From Gnetum montanum (lineage: Eukaryota > Plantae > Gnetophyta), in contig MNCI01001600.1 in assembly GCA_015680685.1 (NCBI GenBank), positions 68,233-132,232 of the forward strand: 64,000 bases of DNA, written 5' to 3'. Every line of letters begins with the position of its first letter. Within the stretch, counting starts at the first letter, position 1. Of this stretch, positions 53,580 to 64,000 are shown piece after piece. Below the pieces are notes generated by a model. That model worked only from the letters and a program-made list of their open reading frames with translations. It made no database searches and was not told the origin of the DNA. A program made the translations under genes and the position numbers.

Positions 53580-56500
53580 ACCGCACATTGGAATTCAAAA
53601 GAATGACTATAACTATACCCCAAGACATATAATACTTTTATAGGAATTATAGAGGGATCTAATGTTGCTTCAATTATAATTTGAATTGCCAACCTCTTGC
53701 ATAATAAGACAATAAACTAACCACATGAGCCACCTATCAATAGCAACGATAATTTTAACTCTTACAAGATACTACCTATATATACACAATACACAAGTAT
53801 AGATGTAATTAAATTTGAATCCAACTACCCATTAAAACCTTTATGTTCTAGCAAGTTCTATAAAAGTATCGTTGGGAAGGGAGTGTGACAAAATCTAAAA
53901 GAATGACCAAAAGTACAATACAAGACATATAGCCAACATGATACCTTAGAAGAAATATAAAAAATATATAATGACTACCTAAAAAGACAACAAGATAACC
54001 CCTTAAACCATCTATCACTTGCTACAAGCTATCATTGCTATACATCTCAAGAGTGTTGAGGCATAAATTTTGGACACAACAATACCTACAAAACTCTATT
54101 AAAGAGATTATTACCTAGGATGCCTCTCATATGGGTACGAAAACCCAAGAATAGTCTCAATTAGAAGGGCACTGTCATGTTTCATAAAATGTAACATTCA
54201 AGATGCTAGCAAATTGAATGATCATAATGATTACTAAAATCATATGAAAAGTACAAACCAAACCAAAACCAATAAGCTAAGAAAGAAACAATGGAAATGC
54301 AAGGAAAATATGTAAATGCAACTATATACAAATGAAATGCATGGAGAAAGGGAAGAAACCATGAAACTAAGGATCTACCAGGTGTCCACATGGGGCACTT
54401 GAGTATAAATGCTTTAGATGAAATGCATTGAAATTTCTATTTAATTTGTATTCTTGCATATCAACAATTTTGTACACATTGGGGCCAATGACATTTGTAA
54501 CTTGGAATGGACCTAACCACATAGGAGAAAACTTACTTTGAGGACCTGTTTGACCAAATTTTCTATCTCTTTTTTGGACTAGATCTCCCATTTTAAATAC
54601 TTTGCCTACATACTTCTTGTCAAACCATCTTTTAACATTTTGCTGATAATTGAGGTTATGAAAATCAATGCATAATTGTAATTCACTTGTTTGTTCTTTA
54701 ATAGGCACTAAATTTGATGTCCAACTTAAATGTTTCACAGGATAAATGATTTTAGATTCTAAAAGTTTATTAATTTGTTCTTTCATCCAAGTTTCAATCT
54801 TGGGATTAACAGGTCTAGGTTTTTGTCTAAATGGTTTGGTTTTGGTATGTAAGTAATCAAATAGAGCTTCTCTAGTTGGTATTTTAGGAGAGATTTTATT
54901 TGAAAAATATCACATCCTTTGATATGCCTTCTTCATTAATTTGGAAAACTTTAAAACGTTGATCACTAAATTCATCATTAGAAAATAAAAATCCATGAAT
55001 ATGATCATCATCATCAAAACTTGGAAAGAAAAGATATTATCTAGAATAGAAGACAAGTTAACCTTTTAAATAATAATTTCAAAATTCCAAGCATTGTGTC
55101 TAAAAGGGATATCTAAAGTAGTGGCCATTTGAGCTAATGCATCACGAACATAATTTTCTTTCATAGAAACATGTTCAATGGATATGTCATCAAAATTTGG
55201 CTCACATTCTAATGTTTTAATGGTTAGAACCTCATTTATATCTTTGTCCTTTTCTAAAGGTGGTGGATCACCAAAACGAAATGTTTTTCAATCATATTAA
55301 TAATAAGGCAAGGCATCTTCTTAAATTTCCTCACATTCACTAGAAGCAAAAGGATTTATTTCTAAAAGTTTACTCTCATAGTTGTTTATAACATTTTTGC
55401 TAAGCCAAACTTCAATAACTCCAATATAAAGATTAGCATTTTGATTTTCCAAAGATTTATTTTGTTGATCAAAAGATGTTACCACTTGTTTATAGAAAGG
55501 CTCTCTTGGTATAATGACATATTCAAATTTTCCTTTAATAGGAATTAATAATTCTGAAAAATTTGATTTGAAGAAGCCCCCAAACTAGCCTCCAAAAGTC
55601 CTAGATAAAAGCACACCATAAGTGGGCGAAATGTCAACCACTAAAATATCAGTATATCATGTAAAAGTAGGATATTGTTTAAGTTGCACTTTCACTTCTT
55701 TCAATGATCTAACCACAGGTACATTGAATCCATCAAGCTGTATCACACTTCTTGATTGTGATAGAATTTGTGCTCCTAACATTTTACACACTTCTAATGG
55801 CATGACACTAACAGTTGTGCAAAAATCCATTAAGCAATTGTGAACATTCTTTCCTAAAATAATCAAAGTTGTTAGGAAAGGTGGTTGATTTTTCTTATTT
55901 AACATGAGATTCCTTGAATTTTGTATTGCTAATGCATTAGAACTTTTTGCAAAATGAACTTGCCTTTCAATTGTTGGAGATTTTTCTTTATTGGTTCTAG
56001 GTGTATGAACTATCTTTTGAATCACATTTTTCATTTCATTAAAATGAAAAAAATCATACATTGAAATGTTGACTTTAACTCTTTTCAGATCCTCAACTAG
56101 ATCATATGCTTTATGTTCATCTTTGATTTCATGTTGAGATGGAGTTCTTCTAAGTATAGAAGGGGAGTTTGGTTGTTGTGGAATGTTTACTTAAGATGGT
56201 CTAGTTTGATTATTTGTGTTATTTTGACTAGGAGTTCTTTTGTTGGGAGGGGCATAAGGATTATTCCTAGTTTGTTGTTGTGTAGAATTCATAATATCAT
56301 TAAGTCTATGATAGCAAGTGTTATGTGAGTTGGGATCAGTTACCATGACTTGTTCAAATGAGGAAACTTCTTCATTCTTTATTTCATGAGGTATGTTGAG
56401 GACCATAATTGGGGTTTTTCCATTTTGTTGATTTTGGGCATTGTCATCATATAACGCTAAAAATTGAGAACAAGCCTTCTTAGAATGTTGTCTAGTGTTA

Positions 56501-58240
56501 TGCAGGGAACAATATTGATCATCAATTGATGTGCTTGGTCTTTTAGAATGTGTAGAAATTATGTTAATATTTTGCTTTAGTTCACCTACTTTATTGGAAA
56601 GCATTTGAAGAGAGGTCAATATTTAGATCATTTGGTTTTCTATTTGAGCAATAAATTCGTTAGGATTATATATCCCTTTTGGGTTAATGATGGGTTGGAT
56701 TAAAGCTTTTGATTAATTGTCACTTAATCTGACATTTGATGGTAAAAATGAAGAATATGTTGGACTTCAAAAATAATTGCTTGTCAATTGAGTCATTTAA
56801 AGGGAGGAAGGAGTTTGAAATATAGTATTAGTCATTGGGAAAGTTTGTAATGGTAAGGGACGAGATTACATAGGATTACTAATACTCATCATTCCAAATT
56901 GAGTTTGAATACTATTTGATGAGACGCGACTTGCACTGGGCCGCGATATCGCGTCTTCTCCTGCGATATCGCATACGTGATATCNGGCATAGGCGAAAAA
57001 TGGGTCAATGGTAAAGAGGTAGAAATTGAGGATACTATTAGATTGTGGATGCATCTCATTCAACACATAAGCAAGTTGATGAAGGAATCTTAGATTGTAA
57101 TCAAAGACGTTTTCCCTATGTAGTTTTCTTAGGCTTGTAAAATTACTTGATGCTAAGGTAGGACTACTAAACTTATTGAATTGGAGTAGGATCTTATTTT
57201 TAAAGTCTTGTCATGAGTTGATATAGGCATTAGGAAGCATCAAAATTCATTGGGTAGCTTTGCTCCTAAAAGTTGTCACAAAGACCCTATATGCTATATC
57301 ATTTTGGATAATATTATGGATGCCTAGTAAGGTTTCAAAACATTGTATATGTTGGTGGGCATCACTAGTAGGGGCTATAGGATCAAAGAACAACTATATG
57401 TTTTGAAGTAGTTTTGGAATATCAGGATAATTCGTGAAGTTAAAGGGATTGCTCATCAAGGGAGTTGGGGGGTTGATTGGTTGTTATCCTAGTTCGAATT
57501 CTTCTAGGGATAGAATTTGGAATCATGAGGCTCGTTGTTTTCTTAAAGTAAAGCAATAGGTAGTTGGTCAATTATGGGCAGGAGTAAGAGCTCTTTGTTG
57601 AGATGATCTATGAGAGATCTCACTCATAAAATGAAAAACTTTAGAAAACTGTAAAATTAAATAAGACAAAAAATATTTAAATACTATTTTTTTTAATTTT
57701 TAAAAGAAAAACTAAAATTACTATATATATATATAATAAAAAGAAAAACAGTGAAATGTAGAATTTAGAAAAGTAAATTTGAACATAATGATGTAATGAA
57801 TGAGAAGACCACCTTACCAAAGTTAGAACTAAGGTAAGGACTACCAAAATGAAGTAATCAACAAAACTGGGAAAAGAAGGTTTGCGGATCTTAAAATGAA
57901 ATTGAAATAAGTGGAATTGGCATCAAAAATGGACCATTAAAGGTTTGAGTAACTAAACTGGAAAATAAAATATTTTAAGGACTAAAAGAAAGAAATTTTT
58001 AGGTAGCAGAAATTGAATTTCAGAAATAGTAAGTGGAACTATAAAGCACATAATTGAGAATAGAAACAGGAAAATGAAATTTTTGAGGAATGGAAAGAAA
58101 AAAAATAGAACAGAAAAGGAACAAGAAAAGAACAAAAAATTGATATTTCAGAAAACAAAAATGCAAAATAGAGGCTGAAAAAAGGTCATCCTAATGCCAA
58201 AAAGGTGTTGATGGGTAAATTTTGAACACAATTCTAGGAA
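53580..58240 (-). mobile_element. Internally deleted Tat-clade gypsy element C (gag, protease, aRH remnant, RT start, INT tail)
   Basis: LTR end and PBS near 58206; protease VHNCLMDFCTTVSVMP; aRH tail FDDISIEHVSMKENYVRDALAQMA; RT start joined to WLGPFQV integrase tail. Confidence 0.8.
56917..56985 (+). mobile_element. Start of a third, young family A LTR, cut by an assembly gap
   Basis: TGATGAGACGCG...GCGATATCGC repeats with intact CpGs, then a single N at 56985. Confidence 0.8.
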
Positions 58241-58587
58241 AACTCATTTAATTTACTGGCATCTTCAACGTCATGTTTTATGAAATACCATGTTGCCCTT
58301 CCAACTAAGATTATTCTTGGATTTTCTACCCATATGAGATGCACCTTAAGCAATAGTCTCTTGAAACAAGTATTGTGGGTGTTGTTGTGTCCAAAATTTA
58401 CGCTTGAAAAAAAAATAATCAATACCTTACATAGACCTAGCTTCCGTTGTCATTTGGTTATGTTTTCTTAAAACTATTGTTATTTAGGCAAGTTCAAATA
58501 AACTTGTATATAAACAAGAAGTTCAACTCACGCTTAAACAAATTTATGTTTTACTTAAATCCTAAAACATTCTTGCGCTCTTCACGA

Positions 58588-58993
58588 ATCATCTAAAATG
58601 TGCATACACGGTCAAGAAGTTTTGGCCTCCACGTCATAGAAATCATCAACTTATATAATTAACTTCTTCCATGGTAAGCCAGGCTTTAATTTTAAAATTC
58701 AAAGTTCACCATCAAATTACCTTCCGTTGTAGTGACTCGTTCACCATCAAATTATCTTCCGTTGTAGTGACTCGTTGAATTCATGATTCTATCATCTAAA
58801 ATGTGCATACACGGTCAAGAAGTTTTGGCCTCCACGTCATAGAAATCATCAACTTATATAATTAACTTCTTCCATGGTAAGCCAGGCTTTAATTTTAAAA
58901 TTCAAAGTTCACCATCAAATTACCTTCCGTTGTAGTGACTCGTTCACCATCAAATTATCTTCCGTTGTAGTGACTCGTTGAATTCATGATTCT
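58588..58993. repeat. 203 bp tandem duplication, each unit holding a 2 x 35 bp repeat
   Basis: 58588-58790 appears identical to 58791-58993. Confidence 0.9.
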
Positions 58994-59434
58994 ACCCCAG
59001 CAATTTCTTTTCCCCTTCTGCGCTGCAAACCCCAAGGCATCCGCAATTTTCCACCTTCATGTTTGCAAGTAGAGTGAAACATCGAGGAGCTAGAAACATC
59101 GAAACATGAAGGTGGATAATATAACTCTATAGCCTACGTACAAAACCATGGTTTCTGAGACTCCAGAATCTTCGACTCCACAGAATAACTGCGCGCAAGA
59201 ATTGTGGGTCTTCTTCAACCAAGATGCCACTGGCTTTCTGCTGGAGCAGTGATTTTTTAATTCAAAATTTTATTCTAAAATTTAAGGTCTTAAAGACCTA
59301 GTAGAGAGTTAAAACAGCCCTTTGATTAGTGCTGGTAATTCACCGAGTTCAAAAGGAATGTTTAGGTTTATTCAGAGCCAAGAGTTGAGCCGGCAGCTCG
59401 TGGCAAGAGTTGAGCCGGCAGCTCGTGGCTCTTA

Positions 59435-59656
59435 TTGTATAAGGATGTTGTCGTCATTCTAAATCCTCCTCGCGGTGGGTTGCATCCCTGTGCTTTAAGG
59501 GCTCTCCGGATTCATTCTCTGCTTAGGCCTTTAGTATACATATCCTGTAATCCCGAGTCTCTGATAGCAAATGCCATAGAGCTGTGCACGCTGAACCCCA
59601 GTGATGCAGGCAAAGCCAAAAACAAGGGTGGCAGAGGTGGCACGGGCAGTGGCTAA
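59435..59656 (+). pseudogene. Fragment of tRNA (uracil-5-)-methyltransferase, TRM2A/TrmA family
   Basis: VVILNPPRGGLHP...LRPLVYISCNPESLIANAIELCT. Confidence 0.85.
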
Positions 59657-59859
59657 CCGGTCATCTGTCGATTGATTGATTTGATTACCAAGTGATCAAG
59701 GAGCAAAACCAGTGAATGCTTCTTAGAGTTCAGACAATATTTGAAGGAATACAAACATCCAGACAATATTTGAAGGAATAAAAACGTCCGGAGGAAGCGC
59801 AGCGTAATCTGTAAACCCATCCACGATACTTAGGAAGGCGATTTTTGCCTTAAACACTC

Positions 59860-60030
59860 GATCCTTTTGCAAGATTGTGACTTGCAATTGCTCATGCATT
59901 CGGGTGGATGCAACAACGAAGGAACTTCCATCACATAATCGCCGTATTCGTTACTGATGTCCGCCACAAACACATTGGAAAGCTCCCTGCTCACCCTGCA
60001 ATGTAGAACCTCTTCAGTGCCAACGTAACC
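59860..60030 (-). pseudogene. Fragment of a Pollen Ole e 1-family gene
   Basis: VLHC...FVADISNEYGDYVMEVPSLLH resembles TDEYGDFLIDLPSHLH. Confidence 0.5.
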
Positions 60031-60669
60031 GAAAAAAAAAAATACAACCCCACACACTTCTAAACACCCCCAGAAATTTGCAGCAAGAAATTAGAATAAA
60101 ATGAATGATTCAGCCAGCGGGCATTTCGATGTCCAAAATTCGGTACCAAAAACATCATACGGGTTGCTTGAAGATCAGCAAAACCAAAACGGAGATGCCA
60201 ATCATGCATAAATGTAATGGAAATTTCGGTTTCGGTTTCGGGAGTTTCATGGCATACGATCCGCAACCTGGCATAACGCAACTTACGAGAGCAGCAGCAC
60301 TAGCCGATTTAGATCCAGAGTTTGCAGAAGCCATTAATATTCAGGAGTCCAGCAGTGGCAGCAGTAAAACAAATTATTGAATTATGGCGTGAGGAGACAC
60401 TGAGATTAAGATTGCAGAAGGGCGCAGATACCTTCATTGAGTTGGGCTTCCTAGAGATCCATCAATTTGGCGATAATGGCCATGGCAGAGCAAGAATATG
60501 ATTACTGGCAAATCTACAATTACGCAAGCAACCACAATTGCTTGACAAAAGGATGGATGGATGGATGAATGGATGGTACACCTACTTGACAAAAAGATAT
60601 TTTTGGGGTATTCATGAGCTTGCCAAGTGTTTGCCCCGGCAAATGAGCTTCTCCAAGAAACTGCAGCTG

Positions 60670-61025
60670 CAACTGCTGGAATCTGGACATGACAACATTG
60701 CTACATTACTCATCATCTGAGGGGCAGCATTGCATTTCCAAGATGCGGCAAACTATCTTTGTAAGGTTATTGCAGATAGATAAATGTAGTTTTAAATCGA
60801 TTTTTGGCCTACGGTCTGTACACGAATTCTCAGAACTTTGATTATAGAACTCCCCGTCATATAGCTGCTTCCGAGGGTTTACATTTGACCACAAGGATTT
60901 TACTAGATCATGGGGGATGTGTGTTTTCAAGGGACAGGTGGAGAAGCACACCACTCGTCGACGAGCAAAGCTGTGAAAATAAAATGCTTATGAATGTGCT
61001 GGAGAACGAAAAACAAGCTCCTGTA
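60670..61025 (+). pseudogene. SKOR: Ankyrin/C-terminal fragment of an outward-rectifying Shaker K+ channel (SKOR/GORK)
   Basis: LLESGHDNIATLLII*GAALHFQDAANYLC...NFDYRTPRHIAASEGLHLTTRILLDHGGCVFSRDRWRSTPL; stop and frameshift. Confidence 0.8.
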
Positions 61026-61384
61026 AACACTGGAATTCAACTTTGAAACCAATGGAAGTTTGGATAAGAGAATTGTTTCTGACAATCCTAGCACTGGTGC
61101 ACATCCCAATTCATTGTTAGAAAATACATGTGATGCATGGAAAATCCAGGAAGGCCATACATTAAAGCTACCCATAATCAGCCTCGTAGGCGTTGCAGCA
61201 ATTTTTAGCTGAAGCAGCGGCTCATTTTGAATATATGCTGGTACTTGCTTATTAACAGATGATGAGGCCCAGATTTTGGATGTTGGCCTGGTTCAGCACA
61301 ACGTAAAGTTGTATTTGTTTGAGGAGTCACGTGAGGATCACCGGTGGAAGTTGAACACTAGGTCGGTCCAAGGCAAGGAAATGG

Positions 61385-62280
61385 GTGTTGCTAAAAACTT
61401 GATTGGCGCAAACATAAATGGAATGTCTGATCCATATGTTGTCATCTCTTATTAAGATAACAATTTATGATTGGGATATTATTTGGAAAAGCACAATTCT
61501 GGGGTCAGTTAATATCACTCTTGAAAAGGAAGGTCAAGCTGAAGCTGAGTGGTATGCATTGGATAGCTCTTCAGGCCAGGTCTGTATTCAAACAAGTACA
61601 ACACATGTTCTGATTAACCCTTCTCTGCAGACAATATTTGAGTTGCCATCAGATGAGGTTGTTAGCACCATTATTCATGTGCATTGGAGAGATCTTTTCT
61701 ACACCATGGTTGCATGTATGTGCCTACATGGAATAACCGCTTTCATTCAAATGCTTTTGCAAAGCTGCTGAAGGTGATACTACCGTTTGAAGATATTAAA
61801 GAGATCAAGAGAAGCCAGCATGCATTTATTAATCTTGCAATAACAATAATTCTTAGTTGATGCTGGTGGAGAAGGAGTGCCTCCATTGGCCAGTACAGAT
61901 GTAAGGACCAAATAGAAGTTCGCTTCTTTCTGGAATCACAACCATGCTCTTAAGGCTCTTCAAAGAGCAGCAAAGAATTTTAAGGCCATGGAAGAAGCTT
62001 AAAAAAAAAAAAAAAATAAGAGCAGTCAGCCTTGCATGCTCACAGTAGCTCAATGAAAGCAACCTCTAAAATTAGTGAGCCAACAGACGCTATTAAATTA
62101 GACAATGCATCTCTGGAAGATGATAAAACACTCCAATCATTCATGACGGATGATGTTTTGATTTCCGTAATCAAGGAGGATCTTCCTTGCACAGCTGAGC
62201 TTTTTTAACACACTTGTGGCAGATGATTCAAATTTCACTTTTCAGTATTGTATAGACCGTAAAGATACTGATGTTAAAGT
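61385..62280 (+). pseudogene. BAGP1: Processed fragment of BAG-associated GRAM protein (C2, GRAM, start of VASt)
   Basis: [78 protein letters not shown]; no intron-sized gaps; deletions and frameshifts. Confidence 0.88.
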
Positions 62281-62479
62281 GAGAGGTTCCTAGCACCTTA
62301 CGATGCTGATGACGTCTTTATAATTACAAACTACATAAACATTAGTGCCAGCAGCAAAACTTCCCAGTGTCATTTACTAGAGGATTTTATAGTATGAGAT
62401 TTTTACTAAATATAATGTCACATTTATATGAGCATGCTTTGTTCTTGCTGTATCCCTTTAGAATAAGAACATGATGTAC

Positions 62480-63495
62480 TACCACAAAGCCACTATAAAA
62501 AAGTTTCAAGGGTAGAATAAAAAGGAGGAACTTGAAAGAAGTATTGAAAATAATTGTAAGAATGGATTGCCAATTGCATCATCAATTTAGCTACTTTGTT
62601 TAAATCTTGTGAGGTCTTTGTTGCTTACCTAATAGTTTAGATAGTGTTGTGCTTAATATTTAATTTTGGGATTTTCTAATTGCTCTTATAGCTCTATTTT
62701 CACGCAATACTAGAATTCTATTTGGTTGCCATATAAGAGTTTATGTTATTTGTTAAAAACATCTTAAGCAATTTAACAGTAATGTATTTATGAAATTGCC
62801 TATTCGAGTCTACAGAGTCTCAAAAATCTTTGATATTTTGAGCTGACTTGAAATAGATTCAATTTTAAAGTTTTTCTTTGATATTTCAATCTTGAAATTG
62901 TTATATCTTTTCTAAAAACCCTACTATTTGCAATTCTTGACAACTATTAACTAGCCAAATAATAGCTTGTATTTCATCATATACAAAGTGTTTTGGTAGT
63001 TTAATAAAAATGTCTTTTACAAAATTGCTTGTTGAGATTAGAGAGTTTGGACAATTTGAGACACTTTAAGTTAAATTGAAATAGCTTTATTTTGAAGTGT
63101 TTCCTCATGTTCAATTTATCTTACTTAAATATTTTAGATTTCCCACAAATCTACTTTCTTTCTTCTTCTCTTTTAAAAAGCATAGAATCTCACTTTATTT
63201 CTATTTTTCTTGTGGATCTTTATCTTTGAGAAAAATTAGGAGTAGATTTATGGAAACTTGTGCTTAAGCATTTTGGTGAAATTTTATTTGTTTCAAACAG
63301 CATACTTTAGGAAATATATAATAAACTAAGTGACTTGATAGAATATGAATCTTTAATGACTCACCATTCAACGAGGTTAGCTAAATTTCTATTATAATAG
63401 CCCGTTATAGTTTTATGCACAAACCCAAGCATGCATTTCAACATTTATAATAACAAACATACGCTTAGTTTGTTGTATTACCACTTAGTTTATTC
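62480..63495 (+). repeat. Old fragment of a family B-like LTR
   Basis: TTTAGCTACTTTGTTT, CTATTAACTAGCCAAA and AAAATTAGGAGTAGATT shared with 9080-9770 and 46400-46730. Confidence 0.75.
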
Positions 63496-63606
63496 AAGTT
63501 TGAAGAAACGTCTTCATTTATTGTGATTTCAGTCACAGGATCAAAGTAAACATTGGCAGTCCCAAATGGTCACCAACACTTTCTCTCGGTGCCACACACA
63601 GAATTT

Positions 63607-63714
63607 ATCAGTGTACACAGTTGCAAACCATTTGGAGAAAAATTTAGGGCAAGAGCAAATATCAGTGTACACAGTTGCAAACCATTTGGAGAAAAATTTA
63701 GGGCAAGAGCAAAT
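63607..63714 (+). repeat. 54 bp tandem duplication in an unassigned gene-like fragment
   Basis: ATCAGTGTACACAG...GGCAAGAGCAAAT twice. Confidence 0.9.
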
Positions 63715-64000
63715 TTTGGAAGAGTTCGTTTGGCAGAGATATACCAAAAAAATGTTGATTGCTCTTGCTTATGATGGTTCAAATCCCATGCTCCCCAGAA
63801 ACAAGGTGATGCTGAACTGCCAAAATCATGGAAGGAGACCTACCATATTATTTTCAGAAATCAGTAATAATGATAATGTCATTGGATTGAGATGCAGCAA
63901 GTCCCTGTTTTTTGGAGCTGCAATGAAAAAGACCCGTGTACAGAATGGATGATTTGTTGCATGTGCTGGAGCTTTCCACTTGTTTTAACCCCAAAGGAAT

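Noticed and set aside
58230-58260. CTAG as a Helitron 3' end bounding the gene-fragment region
   Set aside because: No GC-rich subterminal hairpin and no A|T target context; the carrier element remains unidentified
58705-58980. 35 bp repeats as a CRISPR-like array
   Set aside because: Directly tandem, no unique spacers, no cas genes, eukaryotic context
59435-62280. Functional host genes
   Set aside because: All are partial, and SKOR and BAGP1 carry stops, frameshifts or internal deletions
62491-62503. CACTATAAAAAAG as a CACTA transposon terminus
   Set aside because: It aligns with the TATA region of the family B LTR; no partner TIR or 3 bp TSD seen
63500-64000. Assignment as an EID1-like F-box or VPS13 fragment
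   Set aside because: Only faint resemblance; left unassigned pending a search

Overview
Plant nuclear DNA made almost entirely of nested retroelements; heavy CG/CHG decay and a PROT-aRH-RT Tat element point to a large-genome non-angiosperm vascular plant (inference). An old minus-strand Athila-like gypsy element (D, ~10.2-53.5 kb) hosts a 17 kb Tat/Ogre-like element (F, 14997-32136) and a complete non-autonomous gag-protease LTR element (A, 36452-51322, TSD CTTAT). A contains a ~3 kb solo LTR (B, 39355-47066, TSD TTAAC), and B contains a young, 5'-truncated, GC-rich L1-type LINE (minus, ~41509-46165). Main finding: the LINE's coding sequence continues past the RT and zinc knuckle into an LTR-retrotransposon 'extra-ORF' (Transposase_32/plant-mobile-domain-like) region, a coiled coil and a DnaJ/J-domain with an HPD motif. 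Element F has lost RT/RH and most of INT and carries a spliced antisense gene with an FCP1/NIF-phosphatase-like domain. The last ~5.7 kb is a patchwork of apparently intronless host gene fragments (TRM2-type tRNA methyltransferase, Ole e 1, SKOR/GORK, BAGP1). No intact host gene, RNA gene or CRISPR array was seen. All domain calls are from manual translation and motif memory, not database searches.
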